64,000 bases of DNA from Candidatus Woesebacteria bacterium (GTDB lineage Bacteria > Patescibacteriota > Microgenomatia > UBA8517), in the NCBI GenBank assembly GCA_013374855.1, contig CP055308.1:661310-725309 (forward strand). Direction: 5' to 3'. Numbering within the stretch: position 1 is the first letter of the stretch; every line of letters begins with the position of its first letter. This document shows, piece by piece, positions 10,106-20,518 of this stretch. The notes beneath the pieces are model-generated. The model was not told the DNA's origin. It ran no database searches and was given only the letters and a program-made list of their open reading frames with translations. The position numbers and the translations under genes were made by a program.

Positions 10106-11395
10106 ATGTCTGTGATTAGTAAAATTTGGGCAAGAGAAATACTTGATTCAAGGGGTTGGCCAACAGTTGAAGCAGCTGGCCAACTTGATACTGGTGAAGT
10201 TGCTGTCTTTGCTGTTCCGGCAGGTGCTTCAACTGGTAAACATGAGGCTCTTGATCTGAGGGATCAAGATCCAGAAAGGTTTTATGGAAAGGGAGTTCTG
10301 AAAGCGGTAGATAATGTTAATAATATTTTGGGCAAAGCTGTTATAGGCAAGGATCCTTCTGCACAGCGGGAAATAGATAATATCCTGATGGGATTGGATG
10401 GAACAGAAAATAAGTCAAAGTTAGGTGCTAATGCCGTTTTGGCTGTGTCGGGGTTGGTACTAAAACTGGGTGCTATAGCAAACAGATTAAGCCTTTATTC
10501 TTGGGTTAATGCTCTTGCAAATAGGGAAAATCTAAAAGCTTACGCAAAAATCCCCATTCCTATTTTTAATGTGATAAATGGTGGTTTACATGGAGCAGCA
10601 AACCTTGATTTTCAAGAGTTTCACCTTGTGCCTGTAAGCACAAAAACATATCAGGAATCATTAAGAATGGCAGTGGAAGTCTATATGGCAGTTGGAGCAA
10701 AGCTAAGTGAAAAAAGTGCAGTTCATTCTGTAGGAGATGAAGGAGGATATGCACCACACTTATTCTCTAATTTGGATGCTTTGGAAATTTTAGTTGAAAC
10801 AATCAAATCAACAAAATACGAACTTGGTAAGGATTTGTTTTTGGGCCTTGACGTAGCAGCATCTGTCTTTTTTTCAGGGGCAGGATATAAGATAAGAGAT
10901 AAAACTTCTATTATGGAAGAATCAGCAATGATAGAATACTACATTTCGCTTAATGATCAGTATCACTTGGGTATACTCGAAGATCCTTTGCACGAGGATG
11001 CTTGGGGCGGATGGAAATCGTTGACTGAAAGAATTGGTAATCAAACTATAATTGTTGGCGACGATCTCTTAGTAACCAATTCTGAGAGACTCAAGAAAGC
11101 AATTTCTGAAAAAGCTTGCAATGGAATATTAGTTAAACCAAATCAAACAGGAACTATTATAGAGACAATAGACGTTATTAAATTAGCAAAAGAGGCAGGG
11201 TTTAAGGTTGTGGTTTCTCATCGTTCTGGAGAGACCAATGATTGGTTTATAGCAGATTTTGCAGTGGGTGTTGGAGCAGATTATGTAAAGTTTGGTGCTC
11301 CTGCAAGAGGTGAAAGAGTTGCAAAATACAATAGGCTTTTGACTATTGATGTAGAGCTTTCAAATTATTTAAAAAATAGTAATGCATCCCTATAG
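10106..11395 (+). CDS. eno: Enolase
   Basis: REILDSRG.PTVE, GDEGG, VGDDL.VTN, SHRSGET, RGERVAKYNRL. Confidence 0.97.
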   Translation: MSVISKIWAREILDSRGWPTVEAAGQLDTGEVAVFAVPAGASTGKHEALDLRDQDPERFYGKGVLKAVDNVNNILGKAVIGKDPSAQREIDNILMGLDGTENKSKLGANAVLAVSGLVLKLGAIANRLSLYSWVNALANRENLKAYAKIPIPIFNVINGGLHGAANLDFQEFHLVPVSTKTYQESLRMAVEVYMAVGAKLSEKSAVHSVGDEGGYAPHLFSNLDALEILVETIKSTKYELGKDLFLGLDVAASVFFSGAGYKIRDKTSIMEESAMIEYYISLNDQYHLGILEDPLHEDAWGGWKSLTERIGNQTIIVGDDLLVTNSERLKKAISEKACNGILVKPNQTGTIIETIDVIKLAKEAGFKVVVSHRSGETNDWFIADFAVGVGADYVKFGAPARGERVAKYNRLLTIDVELSNYLKNSNASL

Positions 11396-13043
11396 TAGAA
11401 AAACCGTTGTTCTTGCTATTCTTGATGGTTGGGGAATTGCTCCACCTGGGCCAGGCAATGCAATACAGCTTGCCAATACGCCAAATATAGATAGATTGTG
11501 GTACTCCTTTCCTCATACTCAACTTATTGCTTCAGGAGATGCTGTTGGCCTTCCAAAAGGAGAGGCAGGAAATACCGAAACTGGGCATCTTAATCTGGGA
11601 GCAGGCAGAATTGTTTATCAGGATTTGGAGAGAATAAATATGTCAATAGCAGATGGGTCATTTTTCCAAAATAAGGTTTTACAAGATGTTGTAAATCATG
11701 CCAATCAGTTTAATTCAAATATACATTTATTGGGATTAATTGGGGCAGGAGGGGTTCACTCTAACATAGAACATTTATTTGCTCTTCTTAAGTTTTTTTC
11801 TTCTAAAGATTTTAGACATGTATTTTTACATTTAATTACTGATGGAAGAGACTCACCGCCAACGGCCTCAAGAATGTACATAGATTCTCTAAGAAAAGTT
11901 ATGCAGCGTGAGGGAGTTGGAACAATAGCCTCCATTATGGGAAGGTATTGGGCAATGGATAGGGACAGAAGATGGGACAGAACCAGAAAGGCTTATGAGG
12001 CTTTGACTGAAGGAAAAGGACACTTAGTGAAAACACCGGAAGAGGCGATTCAGCTCTCTTATTCAGAAGGCAAGACTGATGAGTTCATAGAACCATCTTT
12101 AATTTCCAATCATAATGGTACACCTGTAGTATTGATAAAAGACAACGATGGAGTTGTTTTTTTTAACTTTAGAGTAGACAGACCAAGGCAATTAACTGCC
12201 GCTTTTATTGTTGATGATTTTAGCGACTCAAGTTTGGCGCTTGACTTTGACCCTTATCTTGAAAGATACGAAAAAACACATATATCTGGCAAGATTGCTT
12301 CTTATCAGAAAGTTTTTATGCGTAAAATAAAACTAAACAACCTCTTTTTCTGTACGATGACAGAGTATTCAAGATCGTTGACAGAAAGCGGGGCTAAAGC
12401 TGTTTTCCCTCCTGAAATCGTAGAAATGCCTTTAGGAAGAGTTATATCTGAGAATTCTTTGAGGCAGTTGAGGATAGCTGAATCGGAAAAGGAAAGATTT
12501 GTAACTTATTATTTTAACGGTCAAAGAGAAAATCCTTTTTTAGGGGAGGAAAGGTTAATAATTCCTTCGCCAAATGTTCCTACTTATGATTTAAAGCCAG
12601 AAATGTCCGCTTATGAGATAACAGAAGGAGTATTAAACGCTCTAAAGTCACAACAATACCAATTTATTCTTGTTAATTATGCGAATGCAGATATGGTTGG
12701 ACACACTGGAAGCATAGGACCTGCTGTTAAGGCTTGTGAAGTTGTTGACGAATGTATTGGCAAAATTGCCAATTATATCTTAAGTGTTAATGGCTATCTT
12801 TTGATCACCGCAGATCATGGAAATGCAGAGGAGATGATAAATCTAAAAACTGGACAGATTGACACCGAGCATTCTACTTTCCCTGTTCCGTTTATTGCCA
12901 TTTCAAAAGATTTTTTGGGAAAATCTCTTACTTTGGAAAGCGGGATATTAGCAGATGTTGCACCAACAGTACTTTATCTTTTGGGGATAAACCCTCCCAC
13001 AGAAATGATAGGTAAAAACCTTCTTAGAAGTGTATTTAGATAG
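11382..13043 (+). CDS. gpmI: 2,3-bisphosphoglycerate-independent phosphoglycerate mutase
   Basis: ILDGWG, GNTETGH, GRYWAMDRD, DMVGHTG, TADHGNAE. Confidence 0.96.
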   Translation: MHPYSRKTVVLAILDGWGIAPPGPGNAIQLANTPNIDRLWYSFPHTQLIASGDAVGLPKGEAGNTETGHLNLGAGRIVYQDLERINMSIADGSFFQNKVLQDVVNHANQFNSNIHLLGLIGAGGVHSNIEHLFALLKFFSSKDFRHVFLHLITDGRDSPPTASRMYIDSLRKVMQREGVGTIASIMGRYWAMDRDRRWDRTRKAYEALTEGKGHLVKTPEEAIQLSYSEGKTDEFIEPSLISNHNGTPVVLIKDNDGVVFFNFRVDRPRQLTAAFIVDDFSDSSLALDFDPYLERYEKTHISGKIASYQKVFMRKIKLNNLFFCTMTEYSRSLTESGAKAVFPPEIVEMPLGRVISENSLRQLRIAESEKERFVTYYFNGQRENPFLGEERLIIPSPNVPTYDLKPEMSAYEITEGVLNALKSQQYQFILVNYANADMVGHTGSIGPAVKACEVVDECIGKIANYILSVNGYLLITADHGNAEEMINLKTGQIDTEHSTFPVPFIAISKDFLGKSLTLESGILADVAPTVLYLLGINPPTEMIGKNLLRSVFR

Positions 13044-13045
13044 TT

Positions 13046-13660
13046 TCAGTTATATTTTCTTATAAGCCCAACAACTTTTCCTTGAATTTTTACCTTTTTT
13101 ACGAATATAGGATCCATGTTAGAGTTTGCTGGTTCAAGTTTAATTCTTGTTGCCTCTTTGTAAAATCTTTTCAAAGTAACAAATCCATTTTCCAAAAGGG
13201 CAACTACTATTTCTCCATTTCTTGCAGTTTCTGTGTGTTCGCAAATGACATAATCACCATCTCTTATTTGTTCCTCTATCATCGAATCTCCTTTTACCTG
13301 AAGTACAAATACACTCTTATTGGTTCCACCAAAAGAAGGTGGAATTGAAATTGTTGCGTTCGGATCAGTGTATGGTTCAATAGGGGACCCTGCTGCAATA
13401 AACCCTAGTATTGGAACCTCAAAACCCTCAGGTGATAGAGTGACATCAGTTTTCAATAGAACAATTTCTTCATTCCCTTTTTTTCTTTTTATTAGACCTC
13501 TTTCTTCCATTTTCCAAAGATGTTCGTGGACTGTAGCAAGCGAAGTTACTCCTATTGCTTCTGCAATTTCTCTTAATTTTGGAGCTTTGCCATACTTCTG
13601 AATATACTGTTTGAGGAAATTTAGTATTATTACTTGCTTTTCATGTACTTTCTGTGCCAT
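13046..13660 (-). CDS. lexA: SOS repressor LexA
   Basis: wHTH (P.LREIA..SLATVHEHL), Ala-Gly cleavage site IAAG, catalytic GDSM and TLKR; ATG at 13660. Confidence 0.95.
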   Translation of the reverse strand: MAQKVHEKQVIILNFLKQYIQKYGKAPKLREIAEAIGVTSLATVHEHLWKMEERGLIKRKKGNEEIVLLKTDVTLSPEGFEVPILGFIAAGSPIEPYTDPNATISIPPSFGGTNKSVFVLQVKGDSMIEEQIRDGDYVICEHTETARNGEIVVALLENGFVTLKRFYKEATRIKLEPANSNMDPIFVKKVKIQGKVVGLIRKYN

Positions 13661-13674
13661 AATTTTAATTTGTA

Positions 13675-13690
13675 CCAAAAATAAACCGAA
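13675..13690 (-). promoter_or_regulatory. Candidate LexA operator, direct repeat TTCGG-N6-TTTGG, in the spacer of the lexA promoter
   Basis: Plus strand CCAAA-aataaa-CCGAA in the 46-bp lexA/uvrB divergent gap; TTGACA on minus strand at 13693-13698. Confidence 0.55.
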
Positions 13691-13706
13691 GTTGTCAATA
13701 CCCAAC

Positions 13707-15725
13707 ATGACGCAGGCATTTAAACTAAACAGACCATATAAACCCACTCTTGATCAAAATAAAGCTGCAGATCTTTTGGCAAAAAATTTCAATATTGGGA
13801 AAAAATATCAGGTCCTTCTTGGAGTAACAGGATCAGGAAAAACATTTGTTATGGCAGAGTTAATAGAAAAGCTTCAAAAGCCAACCTTGATAATTTCTCA
13901 TAATAAGACACTAGCTGCCCAACTTTACCAAGAATTAAGAAGTTTTTTCCCAAGGAACGCTGTTTCCTTTTTTATTTCCTACTATGATTATTATCAGCCA
14001 GAAGCGTATATTCCATCAACTGACACATATATAGAAAAAGATTCTTCAATTAATGAGCTTATAGATCAACTCAGACTTGAAGCCACTTCAAATATTCTCT
14101 CAAGGAAAGATACAGTTGTTGTGGCATCAGTTTCCTGTATTTATAATCTTGGTTCGCCCAAAAGCTTTCAGAACCTTTCCTTAGCAATCAGCTTAGGTGA
14201 CAAACTACAAATAAGAGAGATAGCATTAAAGCTTATCCAACTGCAATACGAGCGCAACGACTTTGAATTCAAAAGAGGAAGTTTTAGATTAAGAGGAGAA
14301 TACTTGGACATTTATCCTCCAAATTGTAGTTTTGCTGTAAGATTAGTTGTAAAGGGAAATGTTTGTTCTTCTATTTTCATAATAGAGCCTGTTTCTGGAC
14401 AGATAATAGAGGAAAAAGATTATTTTACTTTTTATCCTGCCAAGCATTTTGTCCTTGATAAAGAAGAAGAAAGTGTTTTTGAAAAGATAAGAAGAGAAAT
14501 GGAAGAAAGAGTCAATTTTTTTGAGAAGAAAGGAAATTTGTTAGCGGCCCAAAGAATAAAACAGAAGGTGGAATACGACATTGAGATGATAAAAGAATTT
14601 GGTTATGTAAAGGGTATTGAAAATTATTCCCGATACTTTGATGGCAGAAAAAAAGGGGAACCTCCTTTTAGTTTGCTTGATTATTTTAGAGAAGCTTACG
14701 GGGAAAATTGGCTTGTAATAGTTGATGAATCACATATTAGTTTTCCTCAAATAAGAGGAATGTTTGAAGGAGACAGGTCAAGGAAGAAAAATTTAGTTGA
14801 TTATGGTTTTAGATTACCATCGGCTTTTGATAACAGACCTCTAAGATTTAACGAATTCTTGGAAAAAGTTCCCAATTTTATTGCTGTTTCGGCAACACCT
14901 GATGATTGGGAAATAAGTTTTTCAGACAAAACTGTAATTGAGCTTCTCACAAGACCAACAGGAATTCCAGATCCTGAAATTTTTATAAGGCCAGTTGAAG
15001 GCCAAGTAGAAAATTTAATCGAAGAAATTAAAAAACAAACTAGTAAAAAACAAAGAACACTAGTTACTACCCTCACTAAGAAAATGGCAGAAGATCTTTC
15101 CTTTTATCTAAAAGAAAAAGGATTTAAGGTTTGCTATCTGCATTCTGAAATAAAGACGTTGGAGAGAAGTGATATTCTGGATAGTCTAAGGAGAGGAGAT
15201 TATGATGTTTTGGTTGGAGTTAATCTTTTGAGGGAGGGGTTGGATTTACCGGAAGTTTCTTTGGTTGCAATTTTAGATGCGGATAAAGAAGGATTCTTGC
15301 GTTCAAGAACAAGTCTTATCCAGACTATGGGGAGGGCAGCAAGACATATCGATGGGAGAGTAATTCTCTATGCTGATAATATTACCGGCTCTATCAGGAA
15401 AGCAATTGGTGAAGTAAAAAGAAGAAGGAAGTATCAGCTTTTTGTAAATAAAAAATACGGCATCAAACCAAGCTCTATCATCAAACCAGTAAGAGAAAAA
15501 GTTATAGAAGCTGAGAAGGAAAGTGAGACAGCTCGAATTGTCTTGGGAGAAGACTTTGAGCTTATTAGAACCAATAGCAATGATATAGAAGGACTGACAC
15601 CTATGGACAAGAGAAAATTAATAAAAAGGATGGAAACAAAAATGCGTCAAGCTGCGCATAATCTTGATTTTGAAACAGCAATATTGTTGCGGGATAAAAT
15701 TAGGAGTATAGAAAAAGACTTATGA
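13707..15725 (+). CDS. uvrB: Excinuclease ABC subunit B
   Basis: LLGVTGSGKT, YYDYYQPEAY, DESH, NLLREGLD, C-terminal UVR domain; ATG at 13707. Confidence 0.97.
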   Translation: MTQAFKLNRPYKPTLDQNKAADLLAKNFNIGKKYQVLLGVTGSGKTFVMAELIEKLQKPTLIISHNKTLAAQLYQELRSFFPRNAVSFFISYYDYYQPEAYIPSTDTYIEKDSSINELIDQLRLEATSNILSRKDTVVVASVSCIYNLGSPKSFQNLSLAISLGDKLQIREIALKLIQLQYERNDFEFKRGSFRLRGEYLDIYPPNCSFAVRLVVKGNVCSSIFIIEPVSGQIIEEKDYFTFYPAKHFVLDKEEESVFEKIRREMEERVNFFEKKGNLLAAQRIKQKVEYDIEMIKEFGYVKGIENYSRYFDGRKKGEPPFSLLDYFREAYGENWLVIVDESHISFPQIRGMFEGDRSRKKNLVDYGFRLPSAFDNRPLRFNEFLEKVPNFIAVSATPDDWEISFSDKTVIELLTRPTGIPDPEIFIRPVEGQVENLIEEIKKQTSKKQRTLVTTLTKKMAEDLSFYLKEKGFKVCYLHSEIKTLERSDILDSLRRGDYDVLVGVNLLREGLDLPEVSLVAILDADKEGFLRSRTSLIQTMGRAARHIDGRVILYADNITGSIRKAIGEVKRRRKYQLFVNKKYGIKPSSIIKPVREKVIEAEKESETARIVLGEDFELIRTNSNDIEGLTPMDKRKLIKRMETKMRQAAHNLDFETAILLRDKIRSIEKDL

Positions 15726-18643
15726 ATCAGAATCAATTTATCATCATAAAAGGAGCAAGGGAACATAATTTAAAAAATGTAGATGTTAAAATACCAAAAA
15801 ATAAGCTTGTAGTTTTTAGTGGAGTCTCAGGAAGCGGAAAATCGTCTTTAGCTTTTGACACTATATATGCAGAAGGTCAAAGACGGTATGTAGAATCTCT
15901 TTCTACCTATGCTAGGCAGTTTTTGGGGGTTATGGACAAGCCAGATGTTGATTCAATTGAAGGACTATCACCAGCAATTTCTATTGACCAAAAGACAACT
16001 TCAAGAAACCCAAGATCAACAGTTGGCACGATAACAGAAATTTATGATTACTTAAGGCTTTTATTTGCAAGAATAGGCCATCCTCATTGCCCTGTTTGTG
16101 GTAGAGAAATCCAAAAACAAGGAATTGAACAAATTACTGACTCTGTAATCAACTTGATTAGAGAAAAGATAGAAAACAAGAAAAATGTTCGTTTTTTAAT
16201 TCTTTCCCCTATAGTAAAGGACAAAAAAGGAGAGTTTAGTTCTCTCTTTTCTAATTTAAGAGCTAAGGGATATCAAAAAGCGAGAATTGATGGAAAAATA
16301 TACTCGATAATGGACGACATTTACCTTATAAAGACAAACAGGCACTCTATTGAAGTTGTAATTGATAAATTCAGTTTAACTTCTAAAGACTTAAAAGAGA
16401 CTCTTTTTATTGAAAATCTTAAGACTCGCATTTTTGATGCTGTTTCACAATCTCTTAATCTTTCACTGGGAACTGTGATTTTTTCTGAGGTAAAGGATAA
16501 AGATTTTAATATGCCGGAGTACCCAACTGAGCTCGAGGATCACTTGTTTTCAGAGCTTTTTGCCTGTCCTGTAGATAACATACAAATACCAGAGATAGAA
16601 CCCAGAACTTTTTCTTTTAACTCGCCACACGGAGCTTGTCCTGATTGCAACGGGTTGGGAATAATTAAAAAAATTGATAAAGAAAGAATCCTTTCCACTC
16701 AGATTTCTATTAGTGAAGGGGCTATATTACCTTTTGCAAGACTCTTTGAGAAACAGACTTGGTATACCAGGCTTATACTTCAAGTTTGCAAAGAAAACAG
16801 AATCGACACAAAGAAACCTGTTAAAGATTTGGGTGAAGGTAAAATTAATATTTTACTCTATGGGACTGGAGACAGAATCTACAAGGTAGAGGGTATTAAT
16901 AGATGGGGAAGACCAACTGTAATTTGGGAAAATTTCCCTGGTATTATAGCTGAATTGGAAAAAAGATTTAGAGAAACAGACTCAGAATTTATAAAAGGTG
17001 AGATTGAAAGATTTATGAAAGAAGAAAAATGCCCCGCATGTCAAGGGACAAGGCTTAAAAAAGAAGCTTTATCTGTTACTATTGATAATCTTTCTATTGC
17101 AGATGTCGCTGCTTTACCAGTAGAGGATCTTTATAGGTGGATTAAGAGATTGGCAGAAGAAAATATTCTGACACAAAAAGAGAAAGAAATAGGAAATCTT
17201 ATAATCAAAGAGGTATTAAAGAGACTTGAATTTTTGATTTCTGTTGGAGTGGAATATCTTTCCCTTGAAAGAAGTGCCTCATCACTTTCCGGAGGGGAGG
17301 CACAAAGAATAAGACTTGCAAGCCAGATTGGCTCTGGGCTTACAGGAGTTTTGTATGTTTTAGACGAGCCGACTATTGGTCTTCACCCCAAAGATACAAA
17401 GAAACTAATTCATACACTTAAAAAACTAAGGGATTTGGGGAACACAATTATTGTTGTTGAGCATGACAGAGAAACAATAGAGAGCGCAGATTTTGTACTT
17501 GATTTTGGACCTCAAGCGGGAGATAACGGGGGAGAGATAATAAGTCAAGGAACAGTTGAGGAAATCAAAAACGATGCAAAATCAATAACAGGGGCTTATT
17601 TGTCAGGTAAAAAGAGAATCGAAATAAATCAAATTATAAAAGAAAATAAAGTAGAAGACGGGAAAATAACACTCTATGGATGTTATAAGCATAATCTTAA
17701 AAAAATTGATGTTTCTTTTCCTTTAGGTAAATTGGTCGTTATAACAGGGGTGTCGGGAAGTGGAAAATCTACTTTGCTAATTGATACTCTTTATCCTGCG
17801 ATTAAAGATTATCTGGAAGGGCAACCTGTAAGAAAAAGAGACCTGGAGTTTGAAAATATCGAGGTGGAAGGAAAAATATCAAGAGTAGTGCTTGTTGATC
17901 AAGCACCTATTGGTAAAACACCTCGAAGTAATCCTGCAACATATACTAAAGTATTCGATCTAATAAGAGAGGTTTTTGCTTCAACAAAAGAGGCAAAATT
18001 TGCAGGATTTAAAAAGAGCCATTTTTCTTTCAACTTAAAAGGAGGAAGATGTGAAACTTGTCAAGGACAAGGCCAAATAAAAATAGAGATGCAATTTATG
18101 AATGATGTTTGGATAAACTGCGATGTTTGTAAAGGAAAAAGATATAATTCACAAATACTGGATATTAATTTTCGTGGCAAAAATATCTCCGAAGTTCTAA
18201 ATATGTCAGTTTCTGAAGCAATAGAACATTTTCATTCTTACCACTCAATAATTAATAAACTAAAAACTTTGGATGAAGTTGGTCTATCTTATATTCGCCT
18301 TGGTCAATCGGCTACTACTCTTTCTGGAGGGGAATCTCAAAGAGTAAAACTTGCGCTTGAACTATCAAAGAATACAAAAGGTGGAACTGTTTTCATACTT
18401 GATGAACCGACAACAGGACTCCATTTCGCAGATGTTGAAAAACTTATGCTGGTTTTGAGAAGATTGGTCAATATGGGAAATAGTGTTTTCGTAATAGAAC
18501 ACAACTTAGATGTAATTAGAAATGCAGACTATATTATCGATTTAGGACCAGATGGCGGAGAAAAAGGTGGAAAATTAATCGCTTGCGGGGAAACTGATAG
18601 AATAAAGAGCAATAAGATGTCCTACACAGGAATTTTCTTGTAA
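15722..18643 (+). CDS. uvrA: Excinuclease ABC subunit A
   Basis: Two ABC ATPase halves ([17 protein letters not shown]), zinc fingers. Confidence 0.97.
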   Translation: MNQNQFIIIKGAREHNLKNVDVKIPKNKLVVFSGVSGSGKSSLAFDTIYAEGQRRYVESLSTYARQFLGVMDKPDVDSIEGLSPAISIDQKTTSRNPRSTVGTITEIYDYLRLLFARIGHPHCPVCGREIQKQGIEQITDSVINLIREKIENKKNVRFLILSPIVKDKKGEFSSLFSNLRAKGYQKARIDGKIYSIMDDIYLIKTNRHSIEVVIDKFSLTSKDLKETLFIENLKTRIFDAVSQSLNLSLGTVIFSEVKDKDFNMPEYPTELEDHLFSELFACPVDNIQIPEIEPRTFSFNSPHGACPDCNGLGIIKKIDKERILSTQISISEGAILPFARLFEKQTWYTRLILQVCKENRIDTKKPVKDLGEGKINILLYGTGDRIYKVEGINRWGRPTVIWENFPGIIAELEKRFRETDSEFIKGEIERFMKEEKCPACQGTRLKKEALSVTIDNLSIADVAALPVEDLYRWIKRLAEENILTQKEKEIGNLIIKEVLKRLEFLISVGVEYLSLERSASSLSGGEAQRIRLASQIGSGLTGVLYVLDEPTIGLHPKDTKKLIHTLKKLRDLGNTIIVVEHDRETIESADFVLDFGPQAGDNGGEIISQGTVEEIKNDAKSITGAYLSGKKRIEINQIIKENKVEDGKITLYGCYKHNLKKIDVSFPLGKLVVITGVSGSGKSTLLIDTLYPAIKDYLEGQPVRKRDLEFENIEVEGKISRVVLVDQAPIGKTPRSNPATYTKVFDLIREVFASTKEAKFAGFKKSHFSFNLKGGRCETCQGQGQIKIEMQFMNDVWINCDVCKGKRYNSQILDINFRGKNISEVLNMSVSEAIEHFHSYHSIINKLKTLDEVGLSYIRLGQSATTLSGGESQRVKLALELSKNTKGGTVFILDEPTTGLHFADVEKLMLVLRRLVNMGNSVFVIEHNLDVIRNADYIIDLGPDGGEKGGKLIACGETDRIKSNKMSYTGIFL

Positions 18644-18652
18644 GATAAATAT

Positions 18653-20518
18653 ATGAAATCTGTCATTAATTTTTTAGCCCCTCTTTTTATTTTTTTTTGT
18701 TTGGCACTTTTTTCCCCAAAAGAGATTTTCTCCCAGAGTCAACAACCAGCTTCTATCGACTCCCAAATTTTTTACAATCTGAGGGACGATAGCTATGTAG
18801 AAGTTGTCCAAAGAATAAAAATTACAAACCAGCTACCTGAGGTTTTTATTAGTGATTACAAATTATTTCTAAAATCAGTAGTCCCAGAGAACATAGAGGT
18901 TAAGGAAGAAAATATTAATTACCCGTTTCACTTGAATAAAGATAAAGATGGATACATTTTAGAAATAGACTTTCCTGATGCAAGAGTAGGAAAAGGTAAT
19001 TCTAGAGAGTTTGAAATTAGGTATCATACCCATAGTTTAATTAAAAAAATCGGCGAGGTTAGAGAAATTTATATTCCAAAACTTAATAACAACAATTTTT
19101 TTAAGACTTATGATGTTCAGCTAAAGGTTCCTGCTTATTTTGGCAAATTAACCTATTTTTCCGAAGAACCAGCAGAAACTTTTGGAGATAAACAATATAA
19201 CATGTTTTATTTCAGGAAAGATCAGATTGAGAAAGAAAACATATCATTAGGATTTGGAAACTTTCAAATTTTCTCTTTCATTCTTCGTTATAATTTAGAA
19301 AACCCACTAGAAAAAGAGACGAAAGTTAAAGTGGCAATTCCCCCAGATTCATTCTATCAAAGGGTTTTTTATGATTCGATTAATCCAACTCCTCAGAAAA
19401 TAGAAGTAGATAATGACGGAAATTGGTTGGTAACTTTTAAATTAAAACCTCGGGAAAGAATCATAGCAATAGCCAAAGGTTATGCTCAAATATTTCCAAA
19501 ACCTTACCCTTTATATCAACCATCAAAAGAGAACCTTATAAATAACACAAAAGAGGACAAATATTGGGAAACTAAAGATCCTCAAATAATAAGTATTGCT
19601 TCAAGCTTAAGAAGTATAGAAGATGTCTATAAATTTGTGGTAAATAATCTTAACTACGATTATGAGCGAGCTGCTAACAAAAATGAAAGATTTGGGGCAA
19701 GACAAGCTCTGGGAAAAAAAGATAGCGCGGTATGCACGGAGTTTACTGACCTTTTTATAACTTTACTTCGAGCAAAAGGAATACCTGCTCGTGAAGTAAA
19801 CGGTTATGCTCTGTCTGAAGATCCAAAGATTAAACCACTCTCTTTGACTAAGGATGTTCTTCATGCCTGGCCGGAATATTGGGATGAGAAAAGAAGTGTT
19901 TGGATTGCAGTTGACCCTACTTGGGAAAAAACTACAGGAGGAATGGATTACTTTCAAAACAACGACTTAAAACATTTTTCTTTTGTTTTCCATGGAGAAA
20001 GTTCCACTCAACCTTTAAGCCCTGGTTCATATAAATTTGGCGCTGATCCATCAAAAGATGTTTTTGTAACTTTAGGAGGGACACCAGATTTTGTTAACAA
20101 TAAAATAGAGATAAGTGCAGAGATAGTAAGATTAGTTCCTTTGGTAAAATACAAGTTAATAATAAAAATTTCCAACAAAGGCCAATCCGCTGTTTACAAC
20201 GAAGCGACAAAAGTAACTTTTGATGGAAAAATAAATTACGAAGAGAATGTTGAAGCAATTCTACCATTTTCGGAAAGAAATCTTGAAATAGACATACCAT
20301 TCTCTTTCTTGGGCAGGAATTCTCCCGAAAAGATTACTATTCAATATCACGGTTTAGTCAAAGAATTAGTTGGTGTTAAAAGAAAAATGGTTTTGGGAAC
20401 TGTCATTTTGCTTTTCTCAATTATAGCTCTTATTCTTTTTTATCTAATCTTCAGAACAACTAGTTTTCACTTTTTTCAAGGTATAAAGAATAAAATTTCC
20501 TTAAGAAGGGAATCGTGA
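18653..20518 (+). CDS. Membrane-anchored transglutaminase-like domain protein
   Basis: Signal peptide, Cys-His-Asp triad (AVCTEF, LHAWPE, VDPTW), C-terminal TM helix. Confidence 0.85.
   Translation: MKSVINFLAPLFIFFCLALFSPKEIFSQSQQPASIDSQIFYNLRDDSYVEVVQRIKITNQLPEVFISDYKLFLKSVVPENIEVKEENINYPFHLNKDKDGYILEIDFPDARVGKGNSREFEIRYHTHSLIKKIGEVREIYIPKLNNNNFFKTYDVQLKVPAYFGKLTYFSEEPAETFGDKQYNMFYFRKDQIEKENISLGFGNFQIFSFILRYNLENPLEKETKVKVAIPPDSFYQRVFYDSINPTPQKIEVDNDGNWLVTFKLKPRERIIAIAKGYAQIFPKPYPLYQPSKENLINNTKEDKYWETKDPQIISIASSLRSIEDVYKFVVNNLNYDYERAANKNERFGARQALGKKDSAVCTEFTDLFITLLRAKGIPAREVNGYALSEDPKIKPLSLTKDVLHAWPEYWDEKRSVWIAVDPTWEKTTGGMDYFQNNDLKHFSFVFHGESSTQPLSPGSYKFGADPSKDVFVTLGGTPDFVNNKIEISAEIVRLVPLVKYKLIIKISNKGQSAVYNEATKVTFDGKINYEENVEAILPFSERNLEIDIPFSFLGRNSPEKITIQYHGLVKELVGVKRKMVLGTVILLFSIIALILFYLIFRTTSFHFFQGIKNKISLRRES

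Noticed and set aside
13611-13747. Overlapping N-terminal extensions of lexA and uvrB in the ORF track
   Set aside because: Homology starts at ATG 13660 (lexA) and ATG 13707 (uvrB); the gap holds promoter elements.
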